Part shown: positions 1 through 9,441 of the stretch, one piece after another
How positions within the stretch are numbered: the stretch's first letter is position 1
How the letters are laid out: each line of letters begins with the position of its first letter
Origin: an uncultured virus (IMG/VR IMGVR_UViG_3300027986_000009)
Lineage: Duplodnaviria; Heunggongvirae; Uroviricota; Caudoviricetes
Strand: one strand, 5' to 3'
IMG/VR virus record: IMGVR_UViG_3300027986_000009
Length of the DNA stretch: 20,000 bases
The notes under the pieces: generated by a model
The model's database searches: none
Told to the model about the DNA's origin: nothing
What the model saw: the letters and a program-made list of their open reading frames with translations, nothing else
Made by a program: the position numbers and the translations under genes

Positions 1-1132
1 CCGGGACTCCACCCAGAACGACCTGGTAGGCCTTGGTGAAGCGCGTTCCCGTGAGGGTCACCGAGGTCCCGCCCGTGTGGCTTCCGCTTGACGTCGAGAG
101 ACTTGTCAGCGTCGTCTGCGATTGGTTGAGTAGCGCCGCTGCCGCTAGATGGCCGGCGTTGAAGCACTGGCCGAAGTAGCTTGGGTGCGTACCGTCGACA
201 TAGAGGACCGTGTTGGAAGCCGCCGCCAGGGGCCCCATCACCGGATCGCCTCCCATGTCGATGAGGTAGTTGATCCCGATCGATCCAAAGTTCGCGCGCA
301 GCCACGTGTTGTAGGCGAGCCTCTGGGTCTCGAACCCTGACGTCGTACGAGGCCAGAGAGTCCAACCGATGACGATGTCCGCCCCATGCGCGACCACATC
401 GCTTACGTACGTGGTGATCCGGCTCTCCACGTCTGAAGCGGTGCCACCCGCCGTGATGTCGTTGCCGCCCCCCGCAATCGAGACGTAGGCGAGCTGGCCA
501 GCGGCGTGAGCTGAGGTGATGTTGGGGTACACGTTTGTCGGCAGATTGGTGATCATCTGCGCGAGCGTTTCGCCGTTCGTGGCGACGTTGATGAAGCTGT
601 TGCCGGGAGGGAAGTTGAGCGAAGCGAGGTACGGGTAGCTCGTCACCGGCGAAGTGTTGAAGCCGACCGTGATCGAGTCGCCGTCGGTGATGAGTAGGAA
701 GGTGGTTTCTCCCCAGACAGACGGCGTCGGAACCGTTCCAAAATTGAAGGCCGCCGAGGCGAAGTAGTTGGTGCCGTTCCAGTAGAGGTTGACACAGTCC
801 TCCGCGCCGGGCGTCTTCGAGAGAGTCGGCGGGACACTCCCCTGCCACTTGATGCCCGCGGGCCAAGTCACCGTTCTAGAGCCGGTGCCGTCCTGGACGA
901 GGCGAAGCGTTGCGATGCAGACCCCGCTCGGGTTGCTCCCGAAGCTGAGCGTGCAGTTGGCGGTCAGCGTGATGGACTGCTGCTGCGCGATGGACCACTG
1001 AATCGTAGCGGAAGCACCGCTATTTCCGTTGGAGAACTCCTGGTTTCCGGTCATCGTCTTCGCCGAGAGAACATTCAAATTCCCAGCGTTGAGATCCTCC
1101 GTCAGTCCGTTGAGGCGAAGGAATCGGTTCAC
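1..1132 (-). CDS. Virion appendage protein: fibre-type N-terminal domain + SGNH/GDSL esterase + IPT/TIG-like domain (3' end runs off the window)
   Basis: Not in the ORF track; translated by hand. GTG at 1132 overlaps the upstream TGA (GTGA) and the frame is open to the edge (377 codons): MNRFLRLNGLTEDLNAG...LRLVQDGTGSRTVTWPAGIKW...NGTNYFASAAFNFG, then SGNH blocks GDSIT (GDS at 674-682), NVATNG, GGGND and DGTHP (182-196), then TSLSTSSGSHTGGTSVTLTGTRF (IPT/TIG-like start). Confidence 0.85.
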   Translation of the reverse strand, partial: MNRFLRLNGLTEDLNAGNLNVLSAKTMTGNQEFSNGNSGASATIQWSIAQQQSITLTANCTLSFGSNPSGVCIATLRLVQDGTGSRTVTWPAGIKWQGSVPPTLSKTPGAEDCVNLYWNGTNYFASAAFNFGTVPTPSVWGETTFLLITDGDSITVGFNTSPVTSYPYLASLNFPPGNSFINVATNGETLAQMITNLPTNVYPNITSAHAAGQLAYVSIAGGGNDITAGGTASDVESRITTYVSDVVAHGADIVIGWTLWPRTTSGFETQRLAYNTWLRANFGSIGINYLIDMGGDPVMGPLAAASNTVLYVDGTHPSYFGQCFNAGHLAAAALLNQSQTTLTSLSTSSGSHTGGTSVTLTGTRFTKAYQVVLGGVP

Positions 1133-1806
1133 GTGTTCTGCCCGTAGAGAACAGAACTAGCGGCGAGAGCCTTGAATGCGCAACCGATCGTCTGCCAGGC
1201 GCCTTCGGCGGGCGGCGTCGTGATGGTGACCGATCCGGTTCCTGTTTTGATTTGGTACTGAGCTAGATCGATGATCTGGTCGTCGAAGAGCAGAAGGAAG
1301 CCGGTGCCTGGGGTGCTTCCACCCGCTCCTCCACCAGGTCCCGCAACGCTTGTCCACCCGAGGACGAGGCCCCCTGGAGACGTCGTCGTCACCGAGACGG
1401 TAGGTGTCGAGCTCGCGCTCGCAGACGCGAATTGAACATCATCGAGAGGATCTGAATCTTTTTGTATCCCGGCCCACTGCGAGACGTGCATCGAGTTGCA
1501 GACGGGGGAACCCGCCCCGGTTGCGGTCATGCTCACTTCGTTGCCGGAGGCCGAAGCGAGCGAATTGAAGACGTACCAAACCGCCGTCGTGTAGAGCTGG
1601 AAGACGGAAAAAACCTTCGCCGCGTGCCACGTGTTGCCGGCTGTATCGGTGGGCGTATTGAACGAGCTGCTACTGTTCCAGGTGGCACCGACGCAGATGA
1701 GAAGGCTCCCCTCTGCGATCGGTTCGGTGAACGTCTGAACCTGCGTGGTCGGTGTGTTCTGCGACGCTCCCGCCGATCCGAAGCTTTGTACGAGCGAAAT
1801 CGACAT
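1129..1806 (-). CDS. Beta-rich putative virion structural/appendage protein (225 aa)
   Basis: Ser/Thr/Gly/Ala-rich, with motifs common in phage minor structural proteins (GSLLICVGATW, TDTAGNTW, W..IGCAFK); coupled to neighbours. Confidence 0.6.
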   Translation of the reverse strand: MSISLVQSFGSAGASQNTPTTQVQTFTEPIAEGSLLICVGATWNSSSSFNTPTDTAGNTWHAAKVFSVFQLYTTAVWYVFNSLASASGNEVSMTATGAGSPVCNSMHVSQWAGIQKDSDPLDDVQFASASASSTPTVSVTTTSPGGLVLGWTSVAGPGGGAGGSTPGTGFLLLFDDQIIDLAQYQIKTGTGSVTITTPPAEGAWQTIGCAFKALAASSVLYGQNT

Positions 1807-1815
1807 GGGCCACCA

Positions 1816-2559
1816 TCACGCATTGATCCCGTAGAAGATGGGATCGAGCGGCGTCGTCGATGCGCTTGCCTTGAGGACAGAAGGTGACAGTCTGGGCGAG
1901 TAACGCCATGGCACATTCGGCCGAGAGCTCCCGTTGGCGAGCGTGCCGTTGACCGACCAGCGGGTGCCGGAGATGGGATCGCGTGGTCCCGAAGGTGCAT
2001 CGCTCAAGGGCAGCATTCCAATCGCGCCCGGCCATAGAGGAGAGCGCTGACGTGCCTGCAGGACGATCTCGCGTGACGTGAGCACTCGGCTGTAGACGAT
2101 CATGTCGGCGATTTGCCCATTGAACGCATCGGTGACGGTTGCCTGAAAGTTGCCGCAACAAAGTGTGTTGCTCGTGGCGTCGCTGGCCGCCGCGCAAGAT
2201 CCCTGAAACGTGACGTTCCCTGAGGATGTGCCCGAGTAGCCCGCGGTCAGGGTGGCACTGCTTGTGACGGCGATGTACGTCCACTGGTTGTCTACGAGCG
2301 CGTTACTGAACGCTTGTACGTTGACCGCGTTCGATACTTCGGGCGTGCTCGAGAATCCGGGAAGCGAGAGCTGGACGTTGTTGCTTCCCAAATCGGTGAC
2401 GCGCCAGATGTACGTTCCGGCACCCACGAACACCTTGAGGTTGACCCAGCAGATGATCGTGAAATTGAGCTGTGTGAGCCGGGGACCCGTCCACGACAAG
2501 GCGGCTGCCGTGGAGGTGCTGAAATCGACCGATCCGCCGTATTGCCCCAGATCGAGCAT
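1816..2559 (-). CDS. LamG/concanavalin-A-like lectin domain protein, putative receptor-binding or virion protein
   Basis: Laminin_G_3-type motifs FTIICWVNL, NQWTYIAVT and FNGQIADMIVYSRVLTSREI. Confidence 0.75.
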   Translation of the reverse strand: MLDLGQYGGSVDFSTSTAAALSWTGPRLTQLNFTIICWVNLKVFVGAGTYIWRVTDLGSNNVQLSLPGFSSTPEVSNAVNVQAFSNALVDNQWTYIAVTSSATLTAGYSGTSSGNVTFQGSCAAASDATSNTLCCGNFQATVTDAFNGQIADMIVYSRVLTSREIVLQARQRSPLWPGAIGMLPLSDAPSGPRDPISGTRWSVNGTLANGSSRPNVPWRYSPRLSPSVLKASASTTPLDPIFYGINA

Positions 2560-3039
2560 TCAGACGATCTGTGGGTTGAGCGGCTGGTAGTTGAATAGAA
2601 AATTTCCGGCGGTCGCGTCGAGGGCTGCGCCGGTGTTGTTGAAGAGGATGATACCCCACTTCTGGTACTGCATGAGCGACCCAACCACACTCGTCACGTC
2701 GATGACGCGCGGATCGGGGGTCTGCGCGTTGGCCGAGACGTAGACGGTGTCGAGGAGGACGAGATTGCTCTGCAGGACGGGCGTGAAGCTCGCGTTGCTT
2801 CCCGAAGCGCCGGAGCTGAAGTTGGTCCCGTCGTAACCGTAGAAGTAGAGGCTCGCGGTGCCGGTGGCCGAAACGCCGGAGGCCCCCGTCTTGATCTTCC
2901 ACAAAAGAAATGCGGCCCACATGAGCGTGGACGTGTTGTCAATTGAGGCGCTCTGCTGGTAGCTTCCGTTGCCGAGGCTCGCCGCCGTGATCGTGAAGGC
3001 GGTCGTAGAGCCGTAGAGGGGTTTGACGGTGGAAGACAT
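2560..3039 (-). CDS. Beta-rich putative virion structural protein (159 aa)
   Basis: Alternating beta-strand pattern; its TGA directly abuts the LamG ATG; lies within the appendage module. Confidence 0.6.
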   Translation of the reverse strand: MSSTVKPLYGSTTAFTITAASLGNGSYQQSASIDNTSTLMWAAFLLWKIKTGASGVSATGTASLYFYGYDGTNFSSGASGSNASFTPVLQSNLVLLDTVYVSANAQTPDPRVIDVTSVVGSLMQYQKWGIILFNNTGAALDATAGNFLFNYQPLNPQIV

Positions 3040-3040
3040 T

Positions 3041-3379
3041 TTACGTCACCGACCACAAATGCACGCTTACGAGCTCATCTCCTGGCTCAGCAACATTTCC
3101 ACCGATCTGCACCTTCACGGCCTTGATGTTCGAATCAGGCCATGCGGCGAGATATGCGACGCACGCTCGGACGGCGCTCTCGATCTGTGCATCGTAGCGA
3201 GCAGGCACATGCGCCGGCCGAGCCGGCGCGGAGGGGTTGCCCGGAGCCAGCCTCGACTTTTCCAGGTAGTCCTGCTCGGCTGACCTTCGCTCTGCATGTT
3301 GGGCGCTGAGTATCGCGCGCAGGCTTTTCTCGAAGTTGGGACCCACTTCGATGCGGTCGATGGTGTATGCGTAGCTCAT
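3041..3379 (-). CDS. Hypothetical protein (112 aa)
   Basis: Fills the gap between 3384 and 3039 with 4-bp and 1-bp spacing; no recognisable motif. Confidence 0.65.
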   Translation of the reverse strand: MSYAYTIDRIEVGPNFEKSLRAILSAQHAERRSAEQDYLEKSRLAPGNPSAPARPAHVPARYDAQIESAVRACVAYLAAWPDSNIKAVKVQIGGNVAEPGDELVSVHLWSVT

Positions 3380-3383
3380 GGTT

Positions 3384-3788
3384 TCACCCGAAATTGAGGC
3401 CGTAGGACGCGTAGTAGTTGGTCCCGTTGTAGTAGATGCTCACGATATCGACGGCCGCAGCGGCGGTCGAGAGCACGGGTGCCGCGCTGCCCACCCATTT
3501 CACGGTCGCAGGCCACGCCACAGTGCGCGTCCCGGTGCCGTCTTGGATCAGGCGCAAGACGAAGTTTCCTGGACCGTTGGGCGCCGTGAAGGTGAACGTG
3601 CAGTTGGCGGTGAGTGTGATTTTCTGCTTCTGCCCGGCGAGGAAGCTGATGGTCGCGGCGGCTCCGGAGTTACCGTTATCGAATTCGGCGTTGTAGGTCA
3701 CCGTCTTCGATCCGAGGATGTTGAAATTCTCGGCGTTCAGGTCGTTGATGAGACCGAAGAGGGCTTGGAAGAAGTTGGCGAGGGCCAT
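3384..3788 (-). CDS. Stand-alone phage fibre-type beta-sandwich domain protein; paralogue of the N-terminus of the 1-1132 gene
   Basis: Motif LRLIQDGTGTRTVAWPATVKW.G..APVLST....VDIVSIYYNGTNYY, typical of phage fibre C-terminal domains; roughly 55% identical by hand alignment to codons 1-132 of the 1-1132 gene. Confidence 0.75.
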   Translation of the reverse strand: MALANFFQALFGLINDLNAENFNILGSKTVTYNAEFDNGNSGAAATISFLAGQKQKITLTANCTFTFTAPNGPGNFVLRLIQDGTGTRTVAWPATVKWVGSAAPVLSTAAAAVDIVSIYYNGTNYYASYGLNFG

Positions 3789-3789
3789 C

Positions 3790-5349
<1,560 letters not shown>

Positions 5350-5865
5350 TTAGAACTGCTCGGTCACTTCGATTTGACAGCCGTGCTGCTGGATCACCAG
5401 CAGCGTCGAAGCGTCACCGAGCCCCACGGCGTTGAACTGCACTGGCGTGCCGACGGGAAAGATCACCGGCGCCGCGAGGTTGTAGTATTCGACGATGATC
5501 CCCCACGGCATCGAGGCGATCGACTCACCACCCGACGATGGGCAGAGCATCTGCGGGATCTGATAGTCAGTCGGCGTCGCGGCGCCACCATGACTCATGC
5601 TCATCGTGAAGAGATGGCCGTTGGTGGCGTCCGTGTTTGTCACGACGCCGGTGATGCGAACCGCAAGCTTACCGGTCAGTTTAGGCGTGATCGTGGCGCT
5701 GGCGATGATCTTGTTCGCTGCCGTCAGCGTGACGGGGGAGGCGCTCGCTTGCTCACCCCATGCGCTTGCCAGGAGGCCCCTGAGAGCTGCACCACCACCA
5801 CCATTGGGCAGGAAGAAGAGGGAGCGCCTGTCCGCGCCGGGCCCGATGGGGTAGCTGCCTTTCAA
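5350..5865 (-). CDS. Putative virion structural protein (beta-rich, ~171 aa)
   Basis: The ORF track starts at 5925, but TTG at 5865 follows a strong SD (GGAGAGGTG); its TAA directly abuts the collagen ATG. Confidence 0.65.
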   Translation of the reverse strand: MKGSYPIGPGADRRSLFFLPNGGGGAALRGLLASAWGEQASASPVTLTAANKIIASATITPKLTGKLAVRITGVVTNTDATNGHLFTMSMSHGGAATPTDYQIPQMLCPSSGGESIASMPWGIIVEYYNLAAPVIFPVGTPVQFNAVGLGDASTLLVIQQHGCQIEVTEQF

Positions 5866-5896
5866 GCGGTCACCTCTCCGTGGGGAGTCACGGATC

Positions 5897-5925
5897 AGTG
5901 TACGCGCATGGGCTCCCACCCACAA
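5897..5925 (-). promoter_or_regulatory. Candidate sigma70-type promoter for the appendage module
   Basis: Minus strand TTGTGG-17 bp-TACACT in the only sizeable gap between the glycan and structural genes; the -35 is imperfect. Confidence 0.35.
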
Positions 5926-5955
5926 CCTGACCGATTGACGATAGGTTACGCTGGC

Positions 5956-8900
5956 TTACGGTTTCCGTAGCTGAGCATTGACACGCGCCGGGTCGAAAAA
6001 CGCCAGATGGGCGCTCGCATCGTTCACGCCGTAGCTCGCCACCAAGCGTTCGCCGTCGCGCGCCAGGCCGGCGCAGAACTCAATCCCCACGTGCTGAAAG
6101 TAGAAGGGATCGCTGATGGCTTCGACGTGGAAGTCCTTGGTGAATTTGACGAATCGATGCAGGTACACGCGCTCGGGGCGCCAGGCGACCTCGTGGGTCA
6201 GGCAGAGCCAGCCGTCGTCGTGGGGAATGACTTGAGAGCCGCCGCGGAGGTCTTTGAGGCACACCGGTGCGGGCTGCCGCGAGAGTTCGGCCGTCTTCTC
6301 GCCGTCGTGGGCGATACGAATGGTGGGGTCACACAAGTAAATGAAATGTCTAGGCCATCCGACGATCGGCATCCAATTCTTTTCGGTCGGACCTCGGTCC
6401 CGGATGGGTGTGAGAGTTGAGATTTCGAAGTCCTCATCGAGATCGGCGATCACCATCTCGCAGTTGCCGTTGGGGTTGTCGGCCAGATCGCGCACGGTAG
6501 CGGAAATGATAAGCCCAAATTCTGGTGAGTGCCAGAGTCGGCAGTCCTCGAAGCCTTCGACGGGGAAGGAGCTGCGAGGCAAATCCGTCTTGTCCTTGAT
6601 GAGCGTGGATTTGACAACGTTCCACCGCTTGTCGAATTCGATGATGTAGTTTTTTGTCTTGATGATGTTTGAGTTGTCGACGGTCGGATACTGGCCCTCT
6701 CGCGTCACGGTGTAGTTGACGGTTCGAACGAGTACGAATCGATCGGTGATGCCGATACCGATCTCGGGCGCCGACACATACACCGACGGATTCATCGGAT
6801 GCCATCCATCCGTCGGCCTCCAGTCGATCTCCTGCGTCGTCGCCCCAAACAGCTCCGCCGCCGACTTGGCGTAATGCGTAAAATTCCTTCGAGCCTCTTC
6901 CCGTACTCCATCGTTGGCATGCGTCGTCAGCTTCGCGCACGCTCGGTACCCCATCTCTCGCCGCCGAGGCGTCGCGTAGAAGCCGGAGATGCTCATCCCC
7001 TTGTCGGCCACCCAGTCATAGCTCTCTCGATCGACGAAGAGGAAGTCGCCTGGGAAGGGAAGGCGCGCGAGCTCCTCGTCGAACATGAAAGCGATCTCGT
7101 TTTTCGCCCGATCGCGGAAGTAGCACGCCAGCTCCCGCAGCGATTCTCCGCGCGACGGCCGGAAGTTGTAGGCTTCGAGCGCAGCCAGCACGAATTCGGC
7201 GGTGTTACCGAGATCCTTGTGGCAGAGGCAGATGCCGTAGAGCGAGAAGTAGGTCTCCTCGTCCCAGCCGCCGATCTCAACCCGACGCTTGTACCAGGGG
7301 AGCGCTTCCGCGGGCCGGCCCGTCTCGCGGTAGGTCTGCGCGAGGTAGAACATCGAGCGCACGCTGTTGGGGTTCTTCGCGAGGTCTTCGCTCAGAAGCC
7401 GGATGTCGCGCTCAGCTTTGTTACCCTTCGAGCCACCGTCGTCGCGGTCTTCAATGACGAGAGTTCGAAGCTGTTCCGGAGGAGGCCCGTCGATCGATAC
7501 ATACTCGTGGGTCGGGGCCTCGTAGTGCGCCTTCGTCGAGCGAGCGAGCAGGCGCGTGTTCCACCAGGACCGGAAGGGCGTGCGCTGCTCGACGTTGTAG
7601 GATCCAGCGGTGAGCTGGGAGCGGTCGAAAGCGTTGCCCGTGAGCTCCATGTCGGCGTCGAGAAAGAGGACGTAGTCCCAGCCAGGAGCGGCGCGCGCGA
7701 AGGTGAGAGCGGCGTTGCGAGCCTGGGAGAAGTTCTGAAACTCCGTTTTGCAGAGGCGACCTGGGATGTTGTGCTCCTTGAAGAAGTTGGTGATGAGGTC
7801 GGGTGTGCCGTCGGTGCTGCCGGTGTCGGCAATGACCCACGTGTCAATGAAGGGGAGTGCGGCGGTGAGACAACGGAGGATGATTTTGGCCTCATTTTTC
7901 ACAATCATGTTGAGGCATACACGCGGCGCTCGTGGTGTGATAAGGGCTGCGTCTGATTTCAGCGCTTCTAGATATTTGCGCCTCATACATTCTGCCTTCT
8001 CGATGTAGATAATGCTGTCGTTGTGGTCGGCCTCGTACCAATCAAAGAGCGTCCCCGCCGCCTCCATCTGAGCCCACGTGTTGACCTCCCACGTCAGATG
8101 CTTCTGACGGCGGAAGGTGACGTGGTAGTCCTCGACGAGATCGGGGATGGAGCCGCGATCGGCGAGGAGGAAGCCGCCACAGAAGCGCCAATTGACACCG
8201 TCGTCGTTGGCGTGGTCGCCTTTCCTCCAGCAGCCCGGGGCGAGCACGCACTTCGGGGGTGGCGCCAGCGTCTTGAGCTTCGTGAGGAAGGCGGCGTGGT
8301 CTTTGACGATCTTGAGGATGCCGAAGTCGATCCAGGCGTAGTGGCTTGGAAAGTTTACGGGAGGGTGCTCGGCGTCATCTTTTGCGGCGGCGGCCAGGAG
8401 ATCGAGCTTCGCGTGCTGGAGGAGAAGGAAGTCTTTTGTGTCCTTCTGAGGATCTCGGTGCTCAGGTAGTCCTGCCGGATGGTGACGAAAAGGCCAAAGT
8501 TGGCCGAGTTGCCTCTCGATGACGTGAACGTTTGATGGGAAGTCAGGCACATCCTCAGCGAAGCCTTCGTCGGCGAAGAGGGTGATAGGCAAACCGCTCG
8601 CCGCGAGCTCGCGAAAGTTCTGAAGCAGCTCCTCTTCGTCCACCTTGCGGTCGCGCAGCCGAAAAAATGCCGTGACGAACGTCACCGACGGCTTGCTGAT
8701 CGGCAAGCTCACCGGAGCGATCCGTGACTCCGTGCGCCGCTGAGCCTCTCTATCCAACTGCGCCTTGCTCTTCTGCACCGCAAAAATCCAGTCATGCACC
8801 GCCTTCGGGTTCGCCTTCGTAATGATGCGCGTCAGCCCTGGCGCGGTGCTCCCAAAGAGGCCCGCTTCGTCGGCAAGGCGCATGACGTCATTTTCTGTGA

Positions 8901-9441
8901 ACCACGACACCCCTGGGTATTGCCACTCCTTGAACACCTCTCCGTGCACCTGACTCCCCGGAGAGCCAAACGGGTTACCCTCAGCGAGCCGGATCGAAGC
9001 GACGAGCTTGCCGTCGGGCGCGAGCTGCTCTTTCGCGGCGACGAGGAAAGCCTTGAGCTGCGCGTAGGAGCAGTGGCTGAGGATGGAGTGCGAGAAGATG
9101 AAGTCGAACTTGTTTTCGGTGAGGTTGGCGCGAAAGTCTTCGCGCGTCTGCAGATGTGGCCTCTTGATGGCGATCGTTTGAGCTACCTCGGGTATTCTCC
9201 TCGATGCCATCCGGAGCCACACGTTAGGATCCACCCCCCAGTAATTGCCCTCGTCGAGGTACTGCATCACCGGGTAGCCGGCGATGAGTGCGCCGCACCC
9301 GATCTCGAGCACGCGATGCGTGGGGAGGCAGCCGATGCTTTTGAGCACCTCGAGCTGCGCGAGGCCCTCTTCGGGGGTGGTGGCGACGTAGCCAACGGCA
9401 TCGGCGTTGTCGTCAGACGTAACAGGCAGAGGACGAATCAT
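5956..9441 (-). CDS. Multidomain glycan enzyme (1161 aa): class I SAM methyltransferase + HtrL/WlaTC-like domain + GT2 glycosyltransferase + TPR + GH130/GH43-like beta-propeller
   Basis: Start reassigned to ATG 9441 (ATGA overlap, GGAG SD). Motifs: VLEIGCG and FDFIFSHSILSH (~9441-8780); TFVTAFF, YAWIDFG, RFCGGF (~8690-8010); CLNMIVKNE, DTGSTDGT, LFLDAD (~7925-7400); FYLAQTY...ALPWYKRR TPR-like helices (~7390-6880); GFEDCRL, EKNWMP, LRGGSQ, IEFCAGL, SYGVND (~6830-5970). Confidence 0.85.
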   Translation of the reverse strand: MIRPLPVTSDDNADAVGYVATTPEEGLAQLEVLKSIGCLPTHRVLEIGCGALIAGYPVMQYLDEGNYWGVDPNVWLRMASRRIPEVAQTIAIKRPHLQTREDFRANLTENKFDFIFSHSILSHCSYAQLKAFLVAAKEQLAPDGKLVASIRLAEGNPFGSPGSQVHGEVFKEWQYPGVSWFTENDVMRLADEAGLFGSTAPGLTRIITKANPKAVHDWIFAVQKSKAQLDREAQRRTESRIAPVSLPISKPSVTFVTAFFRLRDRKVDEEELLQNFRELAASGLPITLFADEGFAEDVPDFPSNVHVIERQLGQLWPFRHHPAGLPEHRDPQKDTKDFLLLQHAKLDLLAAAAKDDAEHPPVNFPSHYAWIDFGILKIVKDHAAFLTKLKTLAPPPKCVLAPGCWRKGDHANDDGVNWRFCGGFLLADRGSIPDLVEDYHVTFRRQKHLTWEVNTWAQMEAAGTLFDWYEADHNDSIIYIEKAECMRRKYLEALKSDAALITPRAPRVCLNMIVKNEAKIILRCLTAALPFIDTWVIADTGSTDGTPDLITNFFKEHNIPGRLCKTEFQNFSQARNAALTFARAAPGWDYVLFLDADMELTGNAFDRSQLTAGSYNVEQRTPFRSWWNTRLLARSTKAHYEAPTHEYVSIDGPPPEQLRTLVIEDRDDGGSKGNKAERDIRLLSEDLAKNPNSVRSMFYLAQTYRETGRPAEALPWYKRRVEIGGWDEETYFSLYGICLCHKDLGNTAEFVLAALEAYNFRPSRGESLRELACYFRDRAKNEIAFMFDEELARLPFPGDFLFVDRESYDWVADKGMSISGFYATPRRREMGYRACAKLTTHANDGVREEARRNFTHYAKSAAELFGATTQEIDWRPTDGWHPMNPSVYVSAPEIGIGITDRFVLVRTVNYTVTREGQYPTVDNSNIIKTKNYIIEFDKRWNVVKSTLIKDKTDLPRSSFPVEGFEDCRLWHSPEFGLIISATVRDLADNPNGNCEMVIADLDEDFEISTLTPIRDRGPTEKNWMPIVGWPRHFIYLCDPTIRIAHDGEKTAELSRQPAPVCLKDLRGGSQVIPHDDGWLCLTHEVAWRPERVYLHRFVKFTKDFHVEAISDPFYFQHVGIEFCAGLARDGERLVASYGVNDASAHLAFFDPARVNAQLRKP

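Noticed and set aside
737..3788. DGR template/variable pair or invertible fibre cassette from the duplicated domain
   Set aside because: The copies differ at all base types and throughout, are in direct orientation, and no RT or invertase is present.
6799..7956. Long plus-strand ORFs (also 8794-9606, 11047-11934, 16501-17265) and alternate-frame minus ORF 10991-12151
   Set aside because: Stop-poor shadows of high-GC genes, with no motifs and fully overlapping well-supported CDSs.
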